From: a virus
Length of the DNA: 64,000 bases
Virus record (IMG/VR): IMGVR_UViG_3300022188_000006
Span: 32,001 to 96,000 of that record
Strand: one strand, 5' to 3'
A program made the translations under genes and the position numbers. This document shows, piece by piece, positions 1 to 8,415 of this stretch; positions within the stretch are counted from its first letter, which is position 1; each line of letters opens with the position of its first letter. The notes under the pieces were generated by a model. That model had not been told where the DNA came from. It searched no databases and was given only the letters and a program-made list of their open reading frames with translations.

Positions 1-25
1 GCCACAATATCGTCAGGACGCAGCT

Positions 26-301
26 TCATTTCGCCTTTTTCTTTCTGTCAACGACGACAATGCGTTCCTTGTCTCCGTCCCTGGCAACCAGTGCTTCGAG
101 AAACGCTACCTCGTCGTCCATGATAACTTGTTTCCCGTCTTTGTTTGGGATTCCGTGTCTGCGCCATGAGCGCAGAATCGACCGATCCGACCAACCGGAG
201 GCGGTAATCTTGTTGTCCTCATAGGTCAGACGCACCTTGGAGACCCATTCTCCTTCTTCGCGTACAAAGTAATAAAAAGCCAATCCATTCTCTATCTTCA
301 C
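26..301 (-). CDS. Small hypothetical protein directly downstream of the kinase (possible partner/immunity protein)
   Basis: 91-aa ORF with SD-like AAGGAA upstream, 12 nt after the kinase stop; function inferred from position only. Confidence 0.6.
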   Translation of the reverse strand: MKIENGLAFYYFVREEGEWVSKVRLTYEDNKITASGWSDRSILRSWRRHGIPNKDGKQVIMDDEVAFLEALVARDGDKERIVVVDRKKKAK

Positions 302-313
302 AGATGTTTCCTT

Positions 314-1777
314 CTAACGCGACAGGATGAATACATCGCCTTTCTTCAGCCTTTCCAATCGCACGAGCGCTCCCCCAACTTCTTTCTCGCTAAAACCTCT
401 CTCGTAGAGCGTACTTGCGAGCTTCTTCTCGTCCAGCCCGCGGACCTTGTCAGAAGTTTCCGGTGACAAAATCTTGCCGCGCATTTCGCTCACGACCATG
501 GACCAGACGATGTCTTCTGCCGGAATGGTCGGGAAGCTCAAGCTGTTGTCGATCGCTTTCAGATTTTTATCCTTGTCCACCATAACATTGTTCGCGTGAC
601 GGTCCATATTCCCTATGAGGTAGTCAAGGACGGCTATCTGCTCCATCTGCTTGTATTGTTTCTCCGAAAGACTCTCCGTGATAATAAGCGAACCATACTC
701 CTCAGCCCATGTACGGCCATGTACAAAATCCTGTGAGGAGCCCTGGTACTTCTTGTCGGGGTCTATTCCCCGACTCTCAGGATTATTACTTGGTAGACTA
801 AACGTCTTGAGAGCATCTATCACAATCCCTTCATCAGGCGGGTAATCATCAACCAATGTGGTTGCTGGAACTACGTCTAAGTTCATCAAGCTAGCCACCG
901 CGTATGCGGCTTCTTCCCTGGCAGACAGTGGTATCTCCGGATCAATGTGATCTCTAATACGGTCCGGAAGTTGCGCCAGTATGTCTTGCTTGTAGATAGC
1001 CTTCTGCCCAGATGCCGTCTCGCGTAGGAGAGTAGCCCCCACAGAGCCCTGCTCCCCGTACATACTAACATCAGCCGTGTCTGCCAGGTGTCTGAATCCC
1101 GGAATGCGCTGCATCGCTTCCTTGTCAGCCGAACCCGGCTTGTGCCGTCTCTGCCTGAATTCTTCTCTGACTTTGGCAATGGTATCTGCCACAGCGAATA
1201 GCCTCGCGTAATCGCGTCGGCTTGTTCGCGCCTCCAGCCATTCGACGAACTTGGCAACCTCTTGCTTCCCACCAACCTCTGCTTCCTTGCGCAGTGGTTC
1301 GAGCAACTGCAGACCGTAACTTCCAAGAAATCGCTGGGCAAGGTCTTTGTCGATCTGTTTCAAGCGACTGTGAACCTTGGTCAGTTTATCAAGCAGACGA
1401 GATCCAATACCTAGGGCTCGCTTATGGCTGACCTTTCCGCGCTTCAAACCGGATACGACTTTTTTTAGCAATCTGTTGTAGCGCCGCATCTGCTCCGGAG
1501 CGATCAGACCAGGTTCAGGTTTGCCAGGAAGCGGAACCCATTTTCCTTCCCGTGTCTGGTACTTGCGCTCGCCGGGCCTGTACGGGTACCAACCGTCTTG
1601 CAGCTTGATATGCGGCCCGCTGCGCCACTGCCTGACAGTGAATAGACGAAATCCTTTTCCCGGCTTCGTCTTAGTGCCTGCGGGCTGCATAGGCGGGGTC
1701 ACAGTGGCAACGCCCTGCTTCGCCACCGACATGAATCGGCGCAAGTTCAAAAGGGAAATATTGGACAAGTCACTCAC
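314..1777 (-). CDS. PI3/PI4-kinase-like (HipA/actin-fragmin kinase-like) protein with basic N-terminal extension
   Basis: Motifs KAIYKQ, REEAAYAVASLMNLDVVPATT, GSSQDFV, LDYLIGNMDRHANNVMV (catalytic DRH..N), LKAIDNSLSFP. Confidence 0.85.
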   Translation of the reverse strand: MSDLSNISLLNLRRFMSVAKQGVATVTPPMQPAGTKTKPGKGFRLFTVRQWRSGPHIKLQDGWYPYRPGERKYQTREGKWVPLPGKPEPGLIAPEQMRRYNRLLKKVVSGLKRGKVSHKRALGIGSRLLDKLTKVHSRLKQIDKDLAQRFLGSYGLQLLEPLRKEAEVGGKQEVAKFVEWLEARTSRRDYARLFAVADTIAKVREEFRQRRHKPGSADKEAMQRIPGFRHLADTADVSMYGEQGSVGATLLRETASGQKAIYKQDILAQLPDRIRDHIDPEIPLSAREEAAYAVASLMNLDVVPATTLVDDYPPDEGIVIDALKTFSLPSNNPESRGIDPDKKYQGSSQDFVHGRTWAEEYGSLIITESLSEKQYKQMEQIAVLDYLIGNMDRHANNVMVDKDKNLKAIDNSLSFPTIPAEDIVWSMVVSEMRGKILSPETSDKVRGLDEKKLASTLYERGFSEKEVGGALVRLERLKKGDVFILSR

Positions 1778-2441
1778 CGCTGATTACCTGTTGCAGCGCC
1801 TCGGCAATAACCTTTACCTCTGTCAGTAGTTCTTCGGAGGTGACGCTGTGTTTGTCCCGCGCATACTTCCTCCAGACCTGAAACAGCCTGAACAGGAGCT
1901 TACCAATGTTCCGGCAAGATTCCTGGGTCCATCCCTCTTTGCGCACGTTCTGGATAACCATGTTCGCGACGAAATCCACATGTTGCTTGAACACGGCGTC
2001 GTCGCGGTCTTGTCCATTGAGAGCCGCCGCGGTGATCGTCCTGACCATCTCCGTGGCTTCAATGACTTCCTCCCGCGTCGATATGGTACCTTGCACCAGT
2101 TTTACCAGCACATCAGCCTCCGTTGCGCTCAGCACATATCCACCGCCGAGATCGAAACTCAGCCAGGTCGGCCTGAATCTCCTAACAAGCATCTTGGTCA
2201 GCTTGTCTGCCACCTCCACGAGCCCCAGGCCGCTCGCCCAGGTCAGTGCGTCGTTGAACTCTATGCCCATGACCGACGCGCAGATCCCGACCACAATCCC
2301 GACCGGAAGCTTCAACACGAAGCCTTTCCAGGTCAAAGGCGCCCGGTTTTTACTCTTGGCCCACCCGAGGAGAGTAGCAGCGACCCCCAGAACGACACCA
2401 CGTCCAAGCGCCCAACCGAGATTGGATGCGGCACCGTCCAT
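1770..2441 (-). CDS. Holin-like membrane protein with C-terminal soluble domain
   Basis: 2-3 hydrophobic segments in the first ~85 aa (GVVLGVAATLLGWAK; LPVGIVVGICASVMGI) followed by a ~135-aa helical domain; lysis-cassette position. Confidence 0.5.
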   Translation of the reverse strand: MDGAASNLGWALGRGVVLGVAATLLGWAKSKNRAPLTWKGFVLKLPVGIVVGICASVMGIEFNDALTWASGLGLVEVADKLTKMLVRRFRPTWLSFDLGGGYVLSATEADVLVKLVQGTISTREEVIEATEMVRTITAAALNGQDRDDAVFKQHVDFVANMVIQNVRKEGWTQESCRNIGKLLFRLFQVWRKYARDKHSVTSEELLTEVKVIAEALQQVISGE

Positions 2442-2450
2442 GCGCTGACC

Positions 2451-2828
2451 CTAGCTTGCTTGAGCGGGCGCTTCCTGAAGTGCCTCACGCACCAGCTTGG
2501 CCAGCGCCACAGGAGAAAAAGGCTTCGGAAGCACACCAGCGACATTGTTGGACGGCAACAGCTTCCGCGTGACCTCCTTCAGCAAGCCGGAAATGATGAT
2601 GGCCCGGGACATGATGCCTTCCTTGCGAAGTTCTCTCAGGAGCTCTATGCCATCGAGCTTGGGCATCATGAAGTCCAAGACAATAAGGTCAGGTTTTTCT
2701 TCCAGCGCATTTGACAGCGCCAGAAAAGCGTCTGTGAATACCTTGACCTCGGTGCCCGGATTAAGCTTGCTGATAACCTTTGCCGCGAGGTCCGCGTGCA
2801 CTTTGTTGTCATCCACGACATAAATCAT
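2451..2828 (-). CDS. Stand-alone CheY-like response-regulator receiver domain
   Basis: IYVVDD acidic pocket, PDLIVLDFMMPKLDG (phosphoacceptor Asp), IIISG, LPKPF; no output domain. Confidence 0.93.
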   Translation of the reverse strand: MIYVVDDNKVHADLAAKVISKLNPGTEVKVFTDAFLALSNALEEKPDLIVLDFMMPKLDGIELLRELRKEGIMSRAIIISGLLKEVTRKLLPSNNVAGVLPKPFSPVALAKLVREALQEAPAQAS

Positions 2829-3313
2829 TTTTGTGTCACCGTTTGGCCCTGTACGCGCTTAAACAGGGCGCCATAAAGAAATTCCCTCGAAACCATCGAC
2901 ATCGCCCACAGCATCAGCGACACCGCGATCGCAACGAATCCAGCCTTTACCCAGACGAAAGTACTCCGCGTCGCGGCGTTGAGAGTTTCCCTATCAGCTT
3001 TCCTCCTCACCATGTCTTGCAACATCTCGACGGTCTGAGACATCTCACGAACCTGACTGCAGTAGAGCTTGTTCGTCTCGGAGATCGCCTCAAACGACTC
3101 AAACACCGCTTCCAGCCGCTTCCTTATATCAGGTATCGCATCTTCAGCAACAGCCACAGCATTGGAAGCAGTCTTCGACAGGTTGTCTATCTGCTGAGTG
3201 TGTCGGTCGAGTCGTTCCTTTACCTCCTCAAGGCGTGTACTGTGTTCCCGTAGAGTTCCGACCATGTCCGTATGAAACGGGCATCCTGCGTGTATTTGCG
3301 TTGTGTCTGACAT
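2825..3313 (-). CDS. Coiled-coil protein with C-terminal TM helix (XhlA-like architecture)
   Basis: Heptad-rich N-terminal region, hydrophobic FVWVKAGFVAIAVSLMLWAM near the C-terminus; ATGA overlap with the receiver gene. Confidence 0.6.
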   Translation of the reverse strand: MSDTTQIHAGCPFHTDMVGTLREHSTRLEEVKERLDRHTQQIDNLSKTASNAVAVAEDAIPDIRKRLEAVFESFEAISETNKLYCSQVREMSQTVEMLQDMVRRKADRETLNAATRSTFVWVKAGFVAIAVSLMLWAMSMVSREFLYGALFKRVQGQTVTQK

Positions 3314-3340
3314 TCCTTGTCATGCCTCACTCTGATGTAT

Positions 3341-3736
3341 TCATCTGGCACGCATCTGCCGCATCTGCTGCTGTCGAAAATCATCCACCTCCGCTTTTCT
3401 CGTCCTCAGCGTATCTTCCAGGGCCTTGAGCGGATCACGCAAAGGATCGTTGACTCTGACCTGAATCTTCTTAGGCTCAATCATGCACGAGAACAGCTTC
3501 TTGTACACCTCCGTCTGGATCTCAAGTTCGACCAGCTTCCGTCTGTTCTCGTACAGGACTTTCCACTGAGCCCGATCCTCGTGGGCCTTCGCCTCCAATC
3601 GGGTAATCTTTCCTTCAACAGACCAAATCCATCCGGCTAACGCTGTAAGGACAATCGGAATCGAAACTAAGAGAGCGTGTCCGAGCTTCCGCTCGAACCA
3701 CGATCTGACAATCGGCGACGTCTCGCTGGCCATCAA
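3341..3736 (-). CDS. Membrane-anchored coiled-coil protein
   Basis: TM segment ALLVSIPIVLTALAGWIW followed by a charged helical region. Confidence 0.6.
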   Translation of the reverse strand: MMASETSPIVRSWFERKLGHALLVSIPIVLTALAGWIWSVEGKITRLEAKAHEDRAQWKVLYENRRKLVELEIQTEVYKKLFSCMIEPKKIQVRVNDPLRDPLKALEDTLRTRKAEVDDFRQQQMRQMRAR

Positions 3737-3738
3737 AA

Positions 3739-3960
3739 TCAGCTCTTCTTCACCACGGTATTGTCCGTGGTGTTGTAGGCGTAGTTGCTGCTCCCATCGT
3801 CGGCGATGAGGTCGTTCGGAATCTCGCCCGTCTGGCCTTGGCCAAGGGCCTGTCCTTCAGGCAAGTCAGCGCTGACCTGATCGGGCTCCGCGAAGAAGCC
3901 TGCGCCCTTCACGTCACTCGTGCTCGTGTCGTAGATCGGATACCAAAGTGCATCGGACAT
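3739..3960 (-). CDS. 73-aa repeated acidic protein, copy 1 (putative fibre-tip chaperone/adaptor)
   Basis: Near-identical to 9953-10174, 11798-12019 and 13137-13358; AAGGAG SD upstream. Confidence 0.85.
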   Translation of the reverse strand: MSDALWYPIYDTSTSDVKGAGFFAEPDQVSADLPEGQALGQGQTGEIPNDLIADDGSSNYAYNTTDNTVVKKS

Positions 3961-4035
3961 CGCTAGGACTCCTTAAATTGCTACATTAACAAGGTTCAGA
4001 ACGAACAAGTATATACAATGTAAACAACCGTTGCC

Positions 4036-4797
4036 TTAGATGGCCATACTATATCCTTGAACACGGAGATTTGCTGAGTTGTATGTCGAATTATAGGTTG
4101 TTTGGTATTGAACCGTTGTATCACCGACTGATATTAAAAGACTTCCTAAGGCTCCGCTTCCAGTTTTCTGATCAACATCTTGATGATTGTTGTACGCTAT
4201 CATCCTAGAGGTATTAGGGCTAGAAGACTGTTGAAGAAAGAACCCCCCAGATACAGAACCGGTGCCTCCAGCAGAATCTGTATAGATAATAGCATGAAAT
4301 TCAGCCGCATAAGCTATAGGAGGAACATAGTTTGAAATAGTTACAGAAGTCCAGGAAGTAGTTGCTACACCATGCAGCAGTATAACGGCTGAAAATTGTG
4401 CTTTGTCACCAGATTGTCTAAAGTATCTAAAATTACTGCTCCCGTCGTTCCGCGCTGCTCCCACCAGCCTTTTCTTCGTATAACCAGAAGGCAGGACGGG
4501 ATTAGTCGGAGAAGCAGACAGAAGCCCGGCAGCAGTTTCTGTCGCCGGATTCCAGATCAGATAGATGTAGTACCAAGTGTTCGCGGCCTCGCTACCTGTA
4601 TCCAACCCATTTGCCCCGCTGTTCGTGATGTCAATGGTGACGTCGGAACTCAACGAAATCACGGCACCCCCGTCATCGGTACCGACCGTGCTTCCTGACT
4701 TGACGACAACCTGCGTCGCGGAGCTGCACTCAATGTGCAGGTTCTTCAGCAGACTCTTTATGATCCAGGCATCAACCTGACTAGGAGACAGTCTCAT
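4036..4797 (-). CDS. Constant-N/variable-C putative receptor-binding protein
   Basis: Shared ~125-aa N-terminal domain (NLHIECSS..VVIK.GS.VG.DDG..DITNSGANGLDTGSEAANTWYYIYLIWN..LPSGYTKKRLVGAARN) then a unique AT-richer C-terminal domain ending GYSMAI. Confidence 0.8.
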   Translation of the reverse strand: MRLSPSQVDAWIIKSLLKNLHIECSSATQVVVKSGSTVGTDDGGAVISLSSDVTIDITNSGANGLDTGSEAANTWYYIYLIWNPATETAAGLLSASPTNPVLPSGYTKKRLVGAARNDGSSNFRYFRQSGDKAQFSAVILLHGVATTSWTSVTISNYVPPIAYAAEFHAIIYTDSAGGTGSVSGGFFLQQSSSPNTSRMIAYNNHQDVDQKTGSGALGSLLISVGDTTVQYQTTYNSTYNSANLRVQGYSMAI

Positions 4798-4816
4798 TTT
4801 GTTCCCCTTCGCTATC

Positions 4817-5572
4817 CTACAAATCCAGGATAAAACCTACGCAACTTATCAGCGAATTCCAGGTAGCTTGATTACCTGCAAACACAGAAAAAACACCGGA
4901 TTCGTCGGTCATCTGCTCATAATTAACCGATGTGTACTGAACCGCGGAAGAAAAGACATCTGCGTATTGGCGATACAATCCGTTGGAGCCGGCACCTGAC
5001 TTCGCAGAATACGCTGTTCTCATTGTTATGTCGGCACCAGACGTAGGTGCACCTGCATATTGGTACAACCTCAAGGCACGGCCGATCTTAACGGGGTAAA
5101 AAGAAGCTGTGGTAACCTGAGTCCAGGAAGTAGGAATAGAACCGTTGACGAGAGCTATGGGCGTCTCGAACTCTACCAAGCCTCCTATCTGCTTGAAGAA
5201 CAAAAAATCCCCGCCAGAGCTGTTCCGGACAGCACCTACAAGGCGTTTCTGCGTATATCCTGAGGGCATAGTTGGAGCACTGTCAGACAAGGAGAACAAT
5301 CCCGCAACCGTGCCGGTACTAGGATTCTTGATCAGCCAAATATAATACAAAGTCGCAGACGCTTCGCTGCCGGTATCCAGCCCGTTGGCCCCACTATTGG
5401 TTATTGAGATGATGATATCTGAGGCTAGAGAAATCACGGAAGAACCGTCGTCGCTGCCGACCGTACTTCCGGCTTTGATAGTTACCTGCGACACACTGCT
5501 GGTTTCTAGCCGAAGGTTGTGTACCAACCTTTTTGTCAGTGCAACTGCGATTTCATTTGGATACTGAATCAT
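4817..5572 (-). CDS. Constant-N/variable-C putative receptor-binding protein
   Basis: Same N-terminal domain; unique C-terminus ending GFILDL. Confidence 0.8.
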   Translation of the reverse strand: MIQYPNEIAVALTKRLVHNLRLETSSVSQVTIKAGSTVGSDDGSSVISLASDIIISITNSGANGLDTGSEASATLYYIWLIKNPSTGTVAGLFSLSDSAPTMPSGYTQKRLVGAVRNSSGGDFLFFKQIGGLVEFETPIALVNGSIPTSWTQVTTASFYPVKIGRALRLYQYAGAPTSGADITMRTAYSAKSGAGSNGLYRQYADVFSSAVQYTSVNYEQMTDESGVFSVFAGNQATWNSLISCVGFILDL

Positions 5573-5583
5573 CTTCGCCTTCC

Positions 5584-5958
5584 TTACAAGTCATTCCTGG
5601 CGTTCTTCCTAGTCGCAATGCGATCCTGCAGTGCCTGGGGCAGATCGCTCATGGCAATCACTCCCTTGGCGACAAGAACGTCAACCAGATCCTCGATCCC
5701 GCGGACCATAGGGATGTCAGTGCTGGTAAGAGTATCCAGTGCCAGGCGCCGGTCATTCTCCGCGGTGTCCAAAACCCACGCACCGGTAGCCTCGTTCCAG
5801 TCACATGGGACGTTGTGCTCCAAGGACTCCTGCGGAGGCGCAACCTCCGTGAAGTTGGAATCGGAAAAATCGTCTTCGACCTGGACACCCCAATCACCGA
5901 CCCTGTAGTAAACGTTATCTTCGGGGCGCCGTGTCTCTTTGTTCCAGACTGTTTTCAT
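5584..5958 (-). CDS. Tail-fibre assembly chaperone-like protein
   Basis: WNEATGAWVLD..EN.RR pattern followed by helical C-terminus, typical of tail fibre assembly proteins; follows a tip gene. Confidence 0.5.
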   Translation of the reverse strand: MKTVWNKETRRPEDNVYYRVGDWGVQVEDDFSDSNFTEVAPPQESLEHNVPCDWNEATGAWVLDTAENDRRLALDTLTSTDIPMVRGIEDLVDVLVAKGVIAMSDLPQALQDRIATRKNARNDL

Positions 5959-5982
5959 GACTGACCTCGCTCAGCTCTGCAG

Positions 5983-6732
5983 TTACAGTTTCATCCAGAT
6001 AATGTAGTTGTAAAGCCAGCAAGAAACCGACGACGTGATGTAAAAGGAAAACTGCCGATTTGCATTCAACATCGTCTCTCCTGGCAAGACAGGATCGGTG
6101 GCTTGCTCGTTGTGGCTTAAGGTAACATAGGAATCTCCGGCCCCCACGGATCCGCTTTTTACGTCCGCAACAGCATGGATGTTGACATCCTGACTAGACG
6201 GAGCGCTAGCACCGCTAAAGACTCCGATAGCGTATGCCTTATGAGGAACAACAGGAGATAAGCTATACCAGGTATTTGCGCTTGGAGTACCCGTATAGAT
6301 AGCAAATCCGTTACCGCTATACAGGACTATCTTGTTGCCTTGCTGAACGAAAGCCATGAAATTTCCACTTGAATTGTTGCGGACTGCACTCACAAGACGC
6401 TTTTTGGTGTACCCGGAAGGCATAGCCGGTGACGTGGATGAAGCAGAGAGCAGCCCATCAATTTGACCGTTGCTCTCGTTCCATATCAAGTAAACGTAGT
6501 ACCAAGTGCTGACGGCTTCGGAACCAGTGTCGAGTCCATTCACACCGCTAGTGGTAATGTCGACCGTGACATCTGATGAAAGCTCCATTACAACCGCGCC
6601 GTCGTCCGAACCAACAACCGCGCCCTGTCGAATTGTGACCTGCGTGGCGCTGTCACAGGACACGCGCAGGTCTCGCAGAACCGAGCGTGTCAGCCACGGA
6701 TTATTTTGTGCTGGGGTCAACTGCGTCATCAC
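5983..6732 (-). CDS. Constant-N/variable-C putative receptor-binding protein
   Basis: Same N-terminal domain (GVNGLDTGSEAVSTWYYVYLIWN...MPSGYTKKRLVSAVRN); unique C-terminus. Confidence 0.8.
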   Translation of the reverse strand: MMTQLTPAQNNPWLTRSVLRDLRVSCDSATQVTIRQGAVVGSDDGAVVMELSSDVTVDITTSGVNGLDTGSEAVSTWYYVYLIWNESNGQIDGLLSASSTSPAMPSGYTKKRLVSAVRNNSSGNFMAFVQQGNKIVLYSGNGFAIYTGTPSANTWYSLSPVVPHKAYAIGVFSGASAPSSQDVNIHAVADVKSGSVGAGDSYVTLSHNEQATDPVLPGETMLNANRQFSFYITSSVSCWLYNYIIWMKL

Positions 6733-6765
6733 TCTTCCTCATATCAGTCACACAAGACGGCCAAG

Positions 6766-8415
6766 TCAGGTCGTCCCTACGAAGAACCTATTCCAGTCTG
6801 TCAGCACGTCTGTCAAGCCACTGTTAGGATTCGCCTGGAAGATGTTCTGTTCTATAATCACAGGATTGTGCATGTACCCATCCAAATAATTGCTGGCAAG
6901 GCCATTAGTGCCGATATAGAGCTTACCTGTGTAATTCGCCCCGAGGCTCGCAGACATTTGCTGAAAAGCAACTTGCGTACCGTTCAGATAAAGGCCAATC
7001 GTATCGGTGCTCACCTTGTACACATACGCCACATGGTACCACGTGCCGGCGACCATGGACCCGCCAGCTATGTTTATTTTAGTTGTACCGCCAACAACAT
7101 TCCAGAAGGCAAGTTGGTCGCTGCTGTCTTTGTAGAACGTCCATCTGTTGCTGCTGTCCTGTACCTGGCTTATGAATATCTTGCCGGTGCCGATGCTGTT
7201 ACTGGTAAGGTTGACCCAGCAAAACATCGTCCGGTCTTTGCCGCGGCCTAGCATATCCCAATACGGCTGATCCAACACAGCGTTGGCGTACTCGCTGTTT
7301 GACGCATTGAAAGCGAGCGACTTTACGTTGAACTTCACGGTCCCAGCGTAGGTCGTCATCTTCTGTCCAACCACGTGGACAGATTTAGAAAGGTCATAGA
7401 TGTGACCGTAGTTGGCCCCGGGATCCCACAGGCGATAGTCGTCGCCGGAAAGCAACATCCGTAGACCCTGCAGTCTGACAAGTCCGCCCGTTTTGTTTAC
7501 GATGTCCCAGGTACCGCGTGCAGCATCGTAACGCAGACAGACCTGCGACGGCTCAGCAAGCTCGACCCCATAGCCCGGGCCAGAGAGCCACACGCGCGCA
7601 CCGGGATCGGACAACGCAACGGTGATCACCTGCGCCGATTCGTTCTGAACCCAGATCGTCAGACCGTCGTCGGCGGAAGTCGCAGCGGGCAGGGTCAAAG
7701 TCCTGCCAGCGGATGTAGCCCTCGTGTATCTGAACAGGTAACCGTCTTCATAGACAGTGGCAGAGTAATCCGCGGTCAAATCTTTCTGGTACGACCATCC
7801 CTGATAGTCGTTAGTCCCCCCGGTGTCCTTCACCACGTAGAAATCCAGAATGTCGCCGGACTGCGCACCAGAGTTTAGAGTGATTGTACGAGCGTCCGTC
7901 TTTGTATACTCGTTTTCGTCCAAAAGCTGGCCGTTCTTGAAAACGAGTATACCCCGGTTGGTGTCGTAGCTGAGCGTGGCCAGGTTAAAAACCGTCTGGC
8001 TTGCGGTTGCTACCTGTCGTTCAGGAGAAAGAAGCGCACTGGCAATTCCCGAACTGGTATTCACCTCGGTAACAATTTTCCACCCGACAGTGCTATCCAC
8101 ATAGACGAGGATGAACCCACTACCATCCAGGTCGATCACCATGTCCTGGGCCTGGCATTCGATATTCGAACCATTCCTAGCGACCGTAAGCGTGTAAGTC
8201 GTTGCGCGCCTGTTTGCGTCGACAACACCGACTGTGTCGCCTTCTGTCGGCGAGGAGGGAAGCGTGAGCGTAAGGTCAGCGGAAGAAACGAGCAGATATC
8301 CGTAGCCGCTAACAGCCTGAGTGTTCGTCGTAACCTTAACCCAGGCCAATCTGGACCTACCGTAGAGGTTGCTCAACAGGCTCACTGCATAACTCCCTGG
8401 AATTCGTGATTCCAA
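6766..8415 (-). CDS. Tail fibre/adhesin with T4 gp9/gp10-like domains and C-terminal LamG (ConA-like) lectin domain
   Basis: LTLTLPSSPTEGDTVGVVD..LTVARNGSNIE module; ERQVATASQTVFNL module; C-terminal TMFCWV...GTWYHVAYV...IGLYLNG...LYIG...YLDGYM LamG pattern. Confidence 0.8.
   Translation of the reverse strand: MESRIPGSYAVSLLSNLYGRSRLAWVKVTTNTQAVSGYGYLLVSSADLTLTLPSSPTEGDTVGVVDANRRATTYTLTVARNGSNIECQAQDMVIDLDGSGFILVYVDSTVGWKIVTEVNTSSGIASALLSPERQVATASQTVFNLATLSYDTNRGILVFKNGQLLDENEYTKTDARTITLNSGAQSGDILDFYVVKDTGGTNDYQGWSYQKDLTADYSATVYEDGYLFRYTRATSAGRTLTLPAATSADDGLTIWVQNESAQVITVALSDPGARVWLSGPGYGVELAEPSQVCLRYDAARGTWDIVNKTGGLVRLQGLRMLLSGDDYRLWDPGANYGHIYDLSKSVHVVGQKMTTYAGTVKFNVKSLAFNASNSEYANAVLDQPYWDMLGRGKDRTMFCWVNLTSNSIGTGKIFISQVQDSSNRWTFYKDSSDQLAFWNVVGGTTKINIAGGSMVAGTWYHVAYVYKVSTDTIGLYLNGTQVAFQQMSASLGANYTGKLYIGTNGLASNYLDGYMHNPVIIEQNIFQANPNSGLTDVLTDWNRFFVGTT

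Noticed and set aside
3961-4035. AT-rich gap with TATACT as a possible promoter
   Set aside because: No acceptable -35 at 16-18 nt and no proper extended -10.
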